Shown here: positions 18,218 to 26,328 of the stretch, one piece after another | Layout: each line of letters opens with the position of its first letter | Numbering within the stretch: position 1 is the first letter of the stretch | Assembly (NCBI GenBank): GCA_964545065.1 | Contig: CAZJEO010000003.1 | Span: 1-55,701, forward strand | Length of the DNA stretch: 55,701 nt | Direction: 5' to 3' | From: Candidatus Woesearchaeota archaeon | Lineage (GTDB): Archaea > Nanobdellota > Nanobdellia > Pacearchaeales > GW2011-AR1 | Notes under the pieces: model-generated | The model's input: the letters and a program-made list of their open reading frames with translations, nothing else | Databases searched by the model: none | Told to the model about the DNA's origin: nothing | Program-made: the position numbers and the translations under genes

Positions 18218-20068
18218 ATGAGGTCAAAAGGAGAATTATTATTTGTCTGTTTGTTATTACTTGTTGTTTTATCATTGAGTAATGTTTCTTCTTCTGCAGT
18301 TTGTTCAATTGAAGCTTCTGAAGCAGATTGTGATGCAATAACAAACGGGAGAGTTGTAATGAGGTTATCTAATTCTGACAATGCTCATGGAGAAATGAAA
18401 ACCCACACTCCAGCAGATTATGAACATGTTTTGTGTTGTAATTTTGGAAGTGGAAGTTCTAATTGTAATAATGGTGGTAAATTAATAGGGTTATCTTCTG
18501 AAACAAATGCTCATGCAGAAATTCCTGACCTTGTTACTCCTAATTATTTAAATGATGTTTGCTATGATGGATTTGGTAATTGTTCTTCAGTAGATGTTGG
18601 AACATCCTGCTCAATTGAGGAGATTGGGGTTTTGCAATTATTTTCGACTACTAATTCCCATATTGGACCCCTTAATCCAGAAGGATATCCTCAAAAGATT
18701 TGCTGTAAGATTGATGAGGATATAACAGATTGTACTCTTGATACTGCTTACTGGAGTTTGGATATTATTGACCCTTTGGCTAATGCGCTAACTGCTGGAG
18801 ATAATCCTATTGTGGAAGACACAGACGTTTACCTTGTTGTAGATGGAACTGATTGTGGTACTAATCCAATTACATTTGAAATTTTTGAAGATACCTTAGG
18901 AAGTAATGAAACTCGACAACCAAGTCCGCAAAGTTTATCATTTTCATCAGACAGGGCACTGACTACATGGTCAACTAAATGGGTTAATGTTTCTGGAGCA
19001 GACCCTAAATATTATTTTAATGGAACAACTTTATCAACGATAACAAGTGATGCTCCTTTATTAGAAGTCAAGCAATCAGAGTTTGATTGTGCTGTTGATG
19101 GTATTACAGAACGTTGTGCTGATTATACTATTTTTGGCGGGGAGCCCACTGGAGAATGTAAGGCAGATACGTGTAGATTTGCTGTGAGGGATGTTGAGGC
19201 TACATTTCCTGAAATAGAATGTGGAACTGCTTATGATTGTGCATGTGGCTGGGATGCCATAGGAACATGTGTGCCTCAAGCGACTTATAAGGGTATTTGT
19301 GGTGATGAAAGCTGTACACCAGGGAATGAAGATTGTTCTTCATGCCCAGAGGATTGTGGAACTTGTCCTCCTGTAGATTGTGGGAATGGGGATTGTGCAC
19401 CTAATGAAAATTGTAATACCTGTGAATTAGATTGTGGAACTTGTCCTATTCCTGAATGTGGTGATGGTCTATGTGCTGAGAATGAAGAATGTGGGAATAG
19501 TGATGTTGCCCCAGAATGTAATACTGATTGTGGTCCCTGTACTCCAACAGATGTTTGTCCTGATGGAAGCTGTACAGGAACTGAAACTTGTAGTACTTGC
19601 TCAAGTGATTGTGGGACATGCCCACCAATATCTTGTCCTGATGATTATTGTGCGCCTAATGAAGATTGTTTCCTTTGTGCCAACGATTGTGGAACTTGTC
19701 CAGATGTAGATTGTGGTGATGACCTTTCCTATTGTGCTCCTAATGAGGATTGTAATTCTTGCCAAGAAGATTGTGGAGTTTGTATTGGAGATTTAATGGG
19801 AAGGTGTTCTTTTACAGAATCAACAACAGATAACTGTGATGATAACTTCTTAGACTATACCTGGACTGGAGACTGGACAGGAGTTGTTCCTAATTCTGAA
19901 AATCCTAATTATCCTCTTTATGAAAAATGTGAAGCGGGGGGATCAGCACAAAGGCCATGTCCTTCCCAAATTCAACTTCCTTTCTTTGGTTTGTTTGGTG
20001 TACTTGTAACTTTAATAGTAATTGCATTAATTTATATTTCATTGATTTTTAAGGAAAAGAAAAAATAA
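18218..20068 (+). CDS. Cys-rich surface protein with tandem DCGTCP modules and C-terminal membrane anchor
   Basis: It has an N-terminal signal and three L-S-x3-N-[AS]-H modules. About 7 tandem modules of ~20 aa follow (C..NE.C..C..DCGTCP). The C-terminus LPFFGLFGVLVTLIVIALIYISLIFKEKKK is a motif + TM + basic tail. Confidence 0.6.
   Translation: MRSKGELLFVCLLLLVVLSLSNVSSSAVCSIEASEADCDAITNGRVVMRLSNSDNAHGEMKTHTPADYEHVLCCNFGSGSSNCNNGGKLIGLSSETNAHAEIPDLVTPNYLNDVCYDGFGNCSSVDVGTSCSIEEIGVLQLFSTTNSHIGPLNPEGYPQKICCKIDEDITDCTLDTAYWSLDIIDPLANALTAGDNPIVEDTDVYLVVDGTDCGTNPITFEIFEDTLGSNETRQPSPQSLSFSSDRALTTWSTKWVNVSGADPKYYFNGTTLSTITSDAPLLEVKQSEFDCAVDGITERCADYTIFGGEPTGECKADTCRFAVRDVEATFPEIECGTAYDCACGWDAIGTCVPQATYKGICGDESCTPGNEDCSSCPEDCGTCPPVDCGNGDCAPNENCNTCELDCGTCPIPECGDGLCAENEECGNSDVAPECNTDCGPCTPTDVCPDGSCTGTETCSTCSSDCGTCPPISCPDDYCAPNEDCFLCANDCGTCPDVDCGDDLSYCAPNEDCNSCQEDCGVCIGDLMGRCSFTESTTDNCDDNFLDYTWTGDWTGVVPNSENPNYPLYEKCEAGGSAQRPCPSQIQLPFFGLFGVLVTLIVIALIYISLIFKEKKK
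19290..19790 (+). repeat. Tandem coding repeats (~60-66 nt units) encoding C-x-NE-x-C-x2-C-x2-DCG[TV]CP modules
   Basis: Repeated gattgtggaacttgtcc strings occur at ~19356, 19431 and 19687, with the variants gattgtgggacatgccc at ~19609 and gattgtggagtttgta at ~19771. Confidence 0.8.
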
Positions 20069-20082
20069 GATAGAAGAGATAA

Positions 20083-20093
20083 TATTTATAAAA
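20083..20093 (+). promoter_or_regulatory. TATA-box candidate (ATATTTATAAA family)
   Basis: tatttataaaa is centred ~26 nt upstream of ATG 20114. Confidence 0.5.
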
Positions 20094-20113
20094 GATATTT
20101 TGTTATAGTTAAT

Positions 20114-22786
20114 ATGAAAAAAAGAGGGCAGGGGTTGTTTTTTTTATTGTGTGTAGTTTTAATTCTTAATTTTATTTCTGCTAGTTTTGAGATTGGAGAA
20201 CCTAACCATTCTATTGATAAAATGTATGGTCCAGGGAATACATTAAGGGGATGGATAAATATAAGCTTAGATGAAGAACCATCAAATTCTTTTTTTGAAA
20301 GCTCTGGAGGAGATATTATAACTTTGTTGAAATTGTTAGAAGGGGATAGTAATTTTGATTATGATTGTGATATTTCGGGGTGTAATTGGAATTATGAAGC
20401 CACAAATGAAGAGAATGAAAAAATAATTGATTTGGAAGAGGGAGGATTTGCTTTGGTTGGATTTAAGATTCCGAGTGGGATAGTTGAAAAGATTACTAGT
20501 TTTTCAGTAGGTATTTTAAGTGATGCTGCTGAATCAGAAGGTCCGCAATTGTCAATAGATATTCGTAATAACGGGGAAGAGGAATGGAAAGCACACAAGG
20601 CATCTACTAATTTTGGAGCGGTGCGAAAGGGTTGTTACGTAAGTCCTGAAGGAAAAACAGGGGTGATAAATCGTGTTTTTTGCGAGAGAATTGAGTTGCC
20701 TGCTTCTCCAAGAGTTGTAATAGGAGCAAATTTGATTCAGGCAGAGGGAGTAACAGAAGACGTTGAATTTCAAATGAGCATTGGAACTTTTGATGAAGTG
20801 GAAGGAAAATGTGATATAACTGCTTCTGAAAGCAAAGATTATGAATGTATTGCAAAAGATGGTCAAAAAGATTTTATGATTCATGAACCAAAGAACTATT
20901 CTGTTTGTATACAAACAAAAGCTACAACTGACGAAGATGATGATAAATATAAAATAAATTATGAGGAAAGTCAACCGTGCGGTTTTTCAGGAAGTTTTAG
21001 TGGGGAATATAGTTTTGATTTTGATGTATTTGCAAAGCCAGGAATGTACGACGCTGTTGGAAGTTTTACATTAGATAATGCAGAACTAAGTGCTTCTGGA
21101 AGTGAGATTGATGATGTAGAAGAATATATTTGGGATCATCTTTCTGATAATTATAATGCTAATTGTACAAATGGTTGTATAATTCCGTTGAGAATTAATG
21201 CCATAGTTGCGCAAAGGATTACAATCTCAAATCCCTCTCTCACATATAAAGCAGGAATATCTCCAACATTGGAAAATTTATATGACTTGACAGAAACGGC
21301 TCCGAAGATAACTGCAGACATGCAAAAACTGAAAATAGATGCGGGGGAGTTCAAAGTTCCAGATGCATATGATACATATCTTATTTCCCTTTTTGATTTT
21401 AATGGAGATAAGATTTTTGATGAAGAGATTTCTGTTGAGAAAGTTCCTATAATTAATAGATTGCTTCCAATGGAAACTGCTGTTAATTTTTCTACTCATT
21501 TTAAGATTTTTGTTTCTTCTGAGAAGAATTTAACTTCTTACAAATGGGAATTTGATGATGGGACTAACATGACAACCACTAAAGACGAAGTTACTCATAC
21601 TTATAAAGAGATGGGGCAATATGACTTAAAAGTGACTGTTACTGATATTGATGGTAGGCTCTCGAGTGAAATTTTCAATGTTACTGTTGGGTCTGCTGAA
21701 ATAGTAGTAGGACGGATTTTAGAAGAGAAAAAGACTAGTTTTGAACAGATTAAAGCGCAGTTGGAAAATATGTCTTCTTTTGAGAAAGGGCTTGTGGAAA
21801 ATATTCTTCAATTAAATAATACTGAAGTTGAACTTAGTAAACTGGTGGCTTTGAGTGCTAGTGCATCAACAGAAGAAGACTATCGGACTATTTTAGAAGG
21901 TTTGTTGAAGATTGATTTGCCTCTTGAAATTTTCCCGAGTACATCAAAAAGTTCTTCTATATTTTATCCTGAGAAAAGCAGCATTAATCCAGAAGTCCTT
22001 GCAGATATTGCGGGGGATAGTTATGATAGTTCGAAAAAAAATGCTTATATCGACGCTGTTTTGGCTTGGAATATGGAGAATGTGGACATAAATCTTATCT
22101 ACAATGAAACAACTGCTGCATATGCGACTCACAATGAGCCGCTCTTGAATGTTTTTGAAATTGATGTGACAAAAAAAACAGGTGCTGAGGGCGACCCTTA
22201 TATTATTTTGAAAAATATGACTGGGTTAACATTTGATGGTCTTGCTTTGATAGATGAGAAATCTGGGTATGTTTATTTTCAATTGATTGGACAATCAAAG
22301 AAGTTTGTGTTTGCTACTACTGAAAATGTTGATTTTATTGATTTGCCGCTTTTTGTTGCTCCAGCTATTAGTGAGCTATCTCTTAGTGATTTTACTTGGA
22401 GCCCTCTTGGTGATGGTGGTAAATTAAAGCGATGGGCTCTTTTTGCTTTGATAGTTGTTTTACTGATTATAATTGGGATTATTTTTTGGGTTGTTTTACA
22501 GACATGGTATAGGAGAAAATATGAAGATTATTTGTTCAAAAATAAGAATAATCTTTTTAACCTTCTTAATTGGATTGAGAATGCGAAGAAGCGTGGGTTG
22601 AATGAAGGTGAAATTAAGAATACATTAAAGAAAAAGGGTTGGACCTCTGAGCAGTTGAGATATGCTACTCGGAAGCATGCTGGGAAGAGAACTGGGATGG
22701 CTGAGATTTCTAGGAAAAGAAAGAAAAATGCTTTGCAGGGAGCGGTGGCTTTGCAGAAAAAAATTCCTAAAAAGCAGAAGACGTAA
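20114..22786 (+). CDS. Large surface protein with PKD domain, single C-terminal TM and basic cytoplasmic tail
   Basis: The signal is MKKRGQGLFFLLCVVLILNFISA. The PKD-like segment is YKWEFDDGTNMTTTKDEVTHTYKEMGQYDLKVTVTDIDG. The TM is WALFALIVVLLIIIGIIFWVVL, followed by ~110 aa rich in K/R. Confidence 0.6.
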   Translation: MKKRGQGLFFLLCVVLILNFISASFEIGEPNHSIDKMYGPGNTLRGWINISLDEEPSNSFFESSGGDIITLLKLLEGDSNFDYDCDISGCNWNYEATNEENEKIIDLEEGGFALVGFKIPSGIVEKITSFSVGILSDAAESEGPQLSIDIRNNGEEEWKAHKASTNFGAVRKGCYVSPEGKTGVINRVFCERIELPASPRVVIGANLIQAEGVTEDVEFQMSIGTFDEVEGKCDITASESKDYECIAKDGQKDFMIHEPKNYSVCIQTKATTDEDDDKYKINYEESQPCGFSGSFSGEYSFDFDVFAKPGMYDAVGSFTLDNAELSASGSEIDDVEEYIWDHLSDNYNANCTNGCIIPLRINAIVAQRITISNPSLTYKAGISPTLENLYDLTETAPKITADMQKLKIDAGEFKVPDAYDTYLISLFDFNGDKIFDEEISVEKVPIINRLLPMETAVNFSTHFKIFVSSEKNLTSYKWEFDDGTNMTTTKDEVTHTYKEMGQYDLKVTVTDIDGRLSSEIFNVTVGSAEIVVGRILEEKKTSFEQIKAQLENMSSFEKGLVENILQLNNTEVELSKLVALSASASTEEDYRTILEGLLKIDLPLEIFPSTSKSSSIFYPEKSSINPEVLADIAGDSYDSSKKNAYIDAVLAWNMENVDINLIYNETTAAYATHNEPLLNVFEIDVTKKTGAEGDPYIILKNMTGLTFDGLALIDEKSGYVYFQLIGQSKKFVFATTENVDFIDLPLFVAPAISELSLSDFTWSPLGDGGKLKRWALFALIVVLLIIIGIIFWVVLQTWYRRKYEDYLFKNKNNLFNLLNWIENAKKRGLNEGEIKNTLKKKGWTSEQLRYATRKHAGKRTGMAEISRKRKKNALQGAVALQKKIPKKQKT

Positions 22787-22824
22787 AGATTTGTTAATAT
22801 GAAAATATAGGTTTTATTACTGAA

Positions 22825-22836
22825 ATATTTATAAAT
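22825..22836 (+). promoter_or_regulatory. TATA-box candidate (ATATTTATAAA family)
   Basis: atatttataaat is centred ~26 nt upstream of ATG 22857. Confidence 0.5.
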
Positions 22837-22856
22837 AGATTTCACGAATTTAATAT

Positions 22857-23498
22857 ATGGGGATAAAAGTTTTCAAGAGTTTTTTTAAGAGAATTTTTTC
22901 AGGCATGTTCAAGAATAGGGGGGAGGTAAAATTGGGTTTTTATGGGCCTCCAAATGCTGGGAAGACAAGTCTTGCAAATAGAATATGCAAGGATTTTACA
23001 GGCGAGGAAATTGGAAGCGTAAGTAAGGTTCCGCATGAAACAAGGAATGTACAATTTAAGGAAAAAGTTGAAATAGAGTATAAAGGAAAGAAGATGATGT
23101 TCAAAATGATTGATACACCAGGGATTGCGACAAAAATTGATTATGAAGATTTTTTGAAATACAAGGTTAAGAAAAAGGCTGCGAAGAAACGGGCGAAAGA
23201 GGCGACACAAGGAGTTATTGAATCAATAAAGTGGTTGGATGATATGGATATTGTAGTTATTGTTCTGGATGCTACAGAGAATCCTTATAATCAGGTTAAT
23301 ATTACAATTATCGGAAACTTGGTTGCGAGGAAGATTCCTGTTTTAATTGTGGCGAACAAAGTTGATTTGAAAAAAGCAGACAAGAAAAAAATAGAGGCTG
23401 CTTTTCCAGAATATGATGTAATTGGAATTAGCGCGAAGTATGGAACTAATCTCGAAGAGTTTTATGAATCAATTTTCAAATTATCAAAAAAGATTTAG
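22857..23498 (+). CDS. Small GTP-binding protein (P-loop GTPase)
   Basis: G1 is GPPNAGKTS, G3 is DTPG, G4 is NKVD and G5 is SAK. Length is 213 aa. Confidence 0.8.
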   Translation: MGIKVFKSFFKRIFSGMFKNRGEVKLGFYGPPNAGKTSLANRICKDFTGEEIGSVSKVPHETRNVQFKEKVEIEYKGKKMMFKMIDTPGIATKIDYEDFLKYKVKKKAAKKRAKEATQGVIESIKWLDDMDIVVIVLDATENPYNQVNITIIGNLVARKIPVLIVANKVDLKKADKKKIEAAFPEYDVIGISAKYGTNLEEFYESIFKLSKKI

Positions 23499-23532
23499 TA
23501 AAAGTTAAAAAGCGTGTTTAATTTGTTATAAA

Positions 23533-23952
23533 ATGAGTAAGAAAAAAAAGAGGGATAAAGATTTAAGAAGGTTAAATGGATTTTCAATTCAATTTCTTCC
23601 TTATTCTGAAATAAGAGATTTGGATAGTGACCAGAGGATTAAAAAAATTCTTGGAATCATTCTTGGAAATAATATTTTGATTTTGCAAGGGAAGCTGACT
23701 AGCGATGAAGAGACAAGACTTATAGGGGACACGATGGCGATGATTGAGCACGTGAATAATTTCAAAGGAATTGAACTTGCAGTTGTTTCTGGAAATGGGG
23801 AGGATAGGGGATTTTTTAGGAAGATGGGAAGAGGATTGGCGAATGCTCTGTCTGGAGGTGATTTGGGCGCTGTGACAATCATTGGACCTGCTACAATTGT
23901 TAAGGAAATTAAAAAGAATCCGAAGAAGATTGAATTGTTATTGAACCGTTAA
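23533..23952 (+). CDS. Conserved-archaeal small protein, tentatively DUF2073-like partner of the GTPase
   Basis: The assignment rests only on size (139 aa) and position between the GTPase and the Zn-ribbon gene. I could verify no diagnostic motif. Confidence 0.4.
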   Translation: MSKKKKRDKDLRRLNGFSIQFLPYSEIRDLDSDQRIKKILGIILGNNILILQGKLTSDEETRLIGDTMAMIEHVNNFKGIELAVVSGNGEDRGFFRKMGRGLANALSGGDLGAVTIIGPATIVKEIKKNPKKIELLLNR

Positions 23953-24055
23953 TTATATTCTTGGATGCAGATAAATTTATTAAGTTCTTTGGTTATTTGT
24001 TAATATGCCAATGCCATCCCTGGTTTTGGATTAATAAAAAAAGTTAAAACCAAAA

Positions 24056-24466
24056 ATGCCACACCAATGCGTACATTGTAAACGAATTCTTCCTATGGCT
24101 AGTAAGGAATTGTTAGAAGGATGTACAAATTGTGGTAATCATTTTTTCTTTTATTTACGGGATGAGCAAGTTGAAAAAATTAAAAATAATCCAATAGAGA
24201 TTCCGCAAGAAGAAAAAAAGCAGGTTGAGGAAGATATTCGAGAGATGGCAGGAATTACTGAAGCAGATAGTCCGGTTATTTTAGATATAGAATCTGTGCG
24301 TGTGACTGGGGAGGGTAAATTTGAAATTGACTTGCCTAATTTGTTTAGGAAAGACAGACCGCTTATCTATAAACTTGAAGAAGGAAAATATATTATTGAT
24401 TTAGCTACAACATTTAATAGGAATATTGGAGATTTGGAAAAGATTGGGGATGTTGGGGGGAAGTGA
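24056..24466 (+). CDS. Zn-ribbon protein
   Basis: N-terminal CVHCKRILP...(x13)...CTNCGNHFFFY forms a CxxC...CxxC ribbon. Length is 136 aa. Confidence 0.6.
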   Translation: MPHQCVHCKRILPMASKELLEGCTNCGNHFFFYLRDEQVEKIKNNPIEIPQEEKKQVEEDIREMAGITEADSPVILDIESVRVTGEGKFEIDLPNLFRKDRPLIYKLEEGKYIIDLATTFNRNIGDLEKIGDVGGK

Positions 24467-24806
24467 AATTTATTAGAATAATTATTCTATCTAATTTCGT
24501 CCGAAAAGTTTTTCGGAAAATTATTTTTTAAGAAGAACCTTTAATAGATATCCAATAAGCCCACCTACGGCACCTGCGATGATAATATAAATTAGATTAT
24601 AATTAGTAAGTGTTCCGACACCAACACCCAATACTATTATTGGGATTAGAACAATTAATTCAGGTTTATTCCTTTTCCTCGTGAAATATGATTAGCATGA
24701 GATATATTTAAAACTTCCTCATGGTTTCCGAAAAAATTAAAATTAACCTATGGAATACGAACTTTCTATTAGAATAATTTATAAGTATTCTCGCCTTTTG
24801 TTTTTT

Positions 24807-26186
24807 ATGGCACAAACAATTGCTTCTGTGTTAAAAGAGGTATTGAAAGAAGTTAGTCCTTTGCCAGAAGATGTTGATTTGATTGAATCATCTTTAAAAG
24901 ATTTTTTAGTGAAGTTTGAAAAAAGTTTGAAAAGATTGAAAATAAATGCAGAGATTTTTGTTGGCGGAAGTTATGCGAAAAAAACCATGATTCGGAAAGA
25001 TAATTATGATATTGATATTTTTGTGCGGTTTGTTAAAGATCAGAACATTTCTAAGCTTTTAGAAAAAGCATTAAGAGGATTTAGTGCGAAGCTTATTCAT
25101 GGGTCTCGGGATTATTTTCAGGTGACTGTGACTAAAGATATTTTCTTTGAGATAATTCCTGTTGTTAAAGTTAAGAATCCAAAGGAAGCAAAGAACATTA
25201 CTGATTTATCTTATTCTCATGTTAAGTATATGAATAGGAAAATTAAGACAAAAGAGATTTTAGATGAGATAAAATTGGCTAAAGTTTTTTGTTATGCTAA
25301 TGATTGTTATGGTGCAGAGTCTTACATACATGGTTTTTCGGGGTATGCTTTGGAATTATTGGTTTATCATTACGGAAGTTTTTTGAAGTTTATTAGAGAG
25401 ATGGCCAAATCGAGTGGGCACCCATGGGTGTACCCCGAGACTGTTTCTGGAGAAACGTCTACTAGGGGCAAGATTGTAGTGGATACTGAAAAACAATATA
25501 GAAATAAAACGCAAATTATGCTGGATATTAATACTTCAAAGTTAAAGTCGCCTATTGTGCTTGTTGATCCGACTTACAAGCAAAGGAATGTTGCTGCTGC
25601 CTTGTCTGAGGAAACGTTTGAAAAGTTCCAGAAAGTTTGTAAATCTTTTTTGAAGAATCCTTCTATGAAGTTTTTCGAACTTCAAGAAATTGATTTTGAA
25701 AAGATTAAAAAAATGTGCACCTCTCGGTGTATACCCAAGGAGGGCACAAGAACCTCTCACGAGGCCCCAAATTGTGGAATAAAGGGGCAATTTGAATTTA
25801 TTGAATTAGAAATTAAAACAAATCGTCAAGCAGGAGATATTGCTGGGAGCAAGTTGTTGAAATTCAATAAACATTTAGGAGGAGAAATTGAAAGGTTTTT
25901 TGTTATTAAAAATCAAGGATTTGAATATAAAGATGGTAGCTTGGCAAAATCATTTTTTGTTTTGAAGAATCGTGGAGAGGTTTTGTATGATGGTCCTATG
26001 ATAAAAGATGAGAAAAATATGAAGAAGTTTAAAGAAGAACATTCTAAAACTTTTATAAAAAATAAGAGAATTTATGCTAAGAAAAAGATTGATTTTGATT
26101 CTAAAGAATTTATTGGAAAGTGGAAAGTTAAGAATAGCAAGAGAATGAAAGAGATGTATGTTGTTGGGTTGGGGATTCTGAAATAG
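24807..26186 (+). CDS. cca: Archaeal class I CCA-adding enzyme (tRNA nucleotidyltransferase)
   Basis: From ATG 24807 the product reads MAQTIASVLKEVLKEV... FVGGSYAKKTMIRKDNYDIDIFVRF (the GS...DxD nucleotidyltransferase motif). YGAESYIHGFSGYALELLVYHYGSFL and LVDPTYKQRNVAAALS parallel the Archaeoglobus enzyme as I recall it. The track start 24750 adds 19 implausible residues. Confidence 0.85.
   Translation: MAQTIASVLKEVLKEVSPLPEDVDLIESSLKDFLVKFEKSLKRLKINAEIFVGGSYAKKTMIRKDNYDIDIFVRFVKDQNISKLLEKALRGFSAKLIHGSRDYFQVTVTKDIFFEIIPVVKVKNPKEAKNITDLSYSHVKYMNRKIKTKEILDEIKLAKVFCYANDCYGAESYIHGFSGYALELLVYHYGSFLKFIREMAKSSGHPWVYPETVSGETSTRGKIVVDTEKQYRNKTQIMLDINTSKLKSPIVLVDPTYKQRNVAAALSEETFEKFQKVCKSFLKNPSMKFFELQEIDFEKIKKMCTSRCIPKEGTRTSHEAPNCGIKGQFEFIELEIKTNRQAGDIAGSKLLKFNKHLGGEIERFFVIKNQGFEYKDGSLAKSFFVLKNRGEVLYDGPMIKDEKNMKKFKEEHSKTFIKNKRIYAKKKIDFDSKEFIGKWKVKNSKRMKEMYVVGLGILK
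25418..25472 (+). repeat. GC-rich palindromic element, family 1, copy 1 (in-frame inside cca)
   Basis: gcacccatgggtgtaccccgagactgtttctggagaaacgtctactaggggcaag has ~48 identical positions in a 58-column hand alignment with 52013-52069. CACCCATGGGTG is a perfect palindrome, and a second hairpin is CCCCGAGAC.GTTTC/GAAACGTCT..GGGG. Confidence 0.8.
25715..25768 (+). repeat. GC-rich hairpin insert 2 inside cca
   Basis: GTGCaCCTCtcGGtGTA|TACCCaaGAGGGCAC is an imperfect palindrome centred on GTATAC. It is followed by CCTC-tcac-GAGG. It encodes CTSRCIPKEGTRTSHEAPNC where, from memory, the A. fulgidus enzyme has no equivalent segment. Confidence 0.65.
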
Positions 26187-26328
26187 AATTGGCTCGTTGC
26201 ACTCGCAATTAATTAAATTGATAATCAAAAAACGTGTTGATAAACTGAGGGTTAGCGTGTAAATTAATACCTCTTATCAGATTTCTAGCGGAGAGCCTTG
26301 AACTTGTTCTGGCCCGGAGCAGATAACC

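Noticed and set aside
24521-24691. 56-codon minus-strand hydrophobic ORF as a CDS
   Set aside because: There is no in-frame ATG or GTG; the only TTG would give 36 aa. It is reported as an oddity, not as a gene.
24467-24806. Replication origin next to the oap-like triad
   Set aside because: Only weak resemblance to mini-ORB was found (GTTCCGACACC, GGTTTCCGAAAA). There is no dyad ORB pair, no G-string and no orc1/cdc6 in the window.
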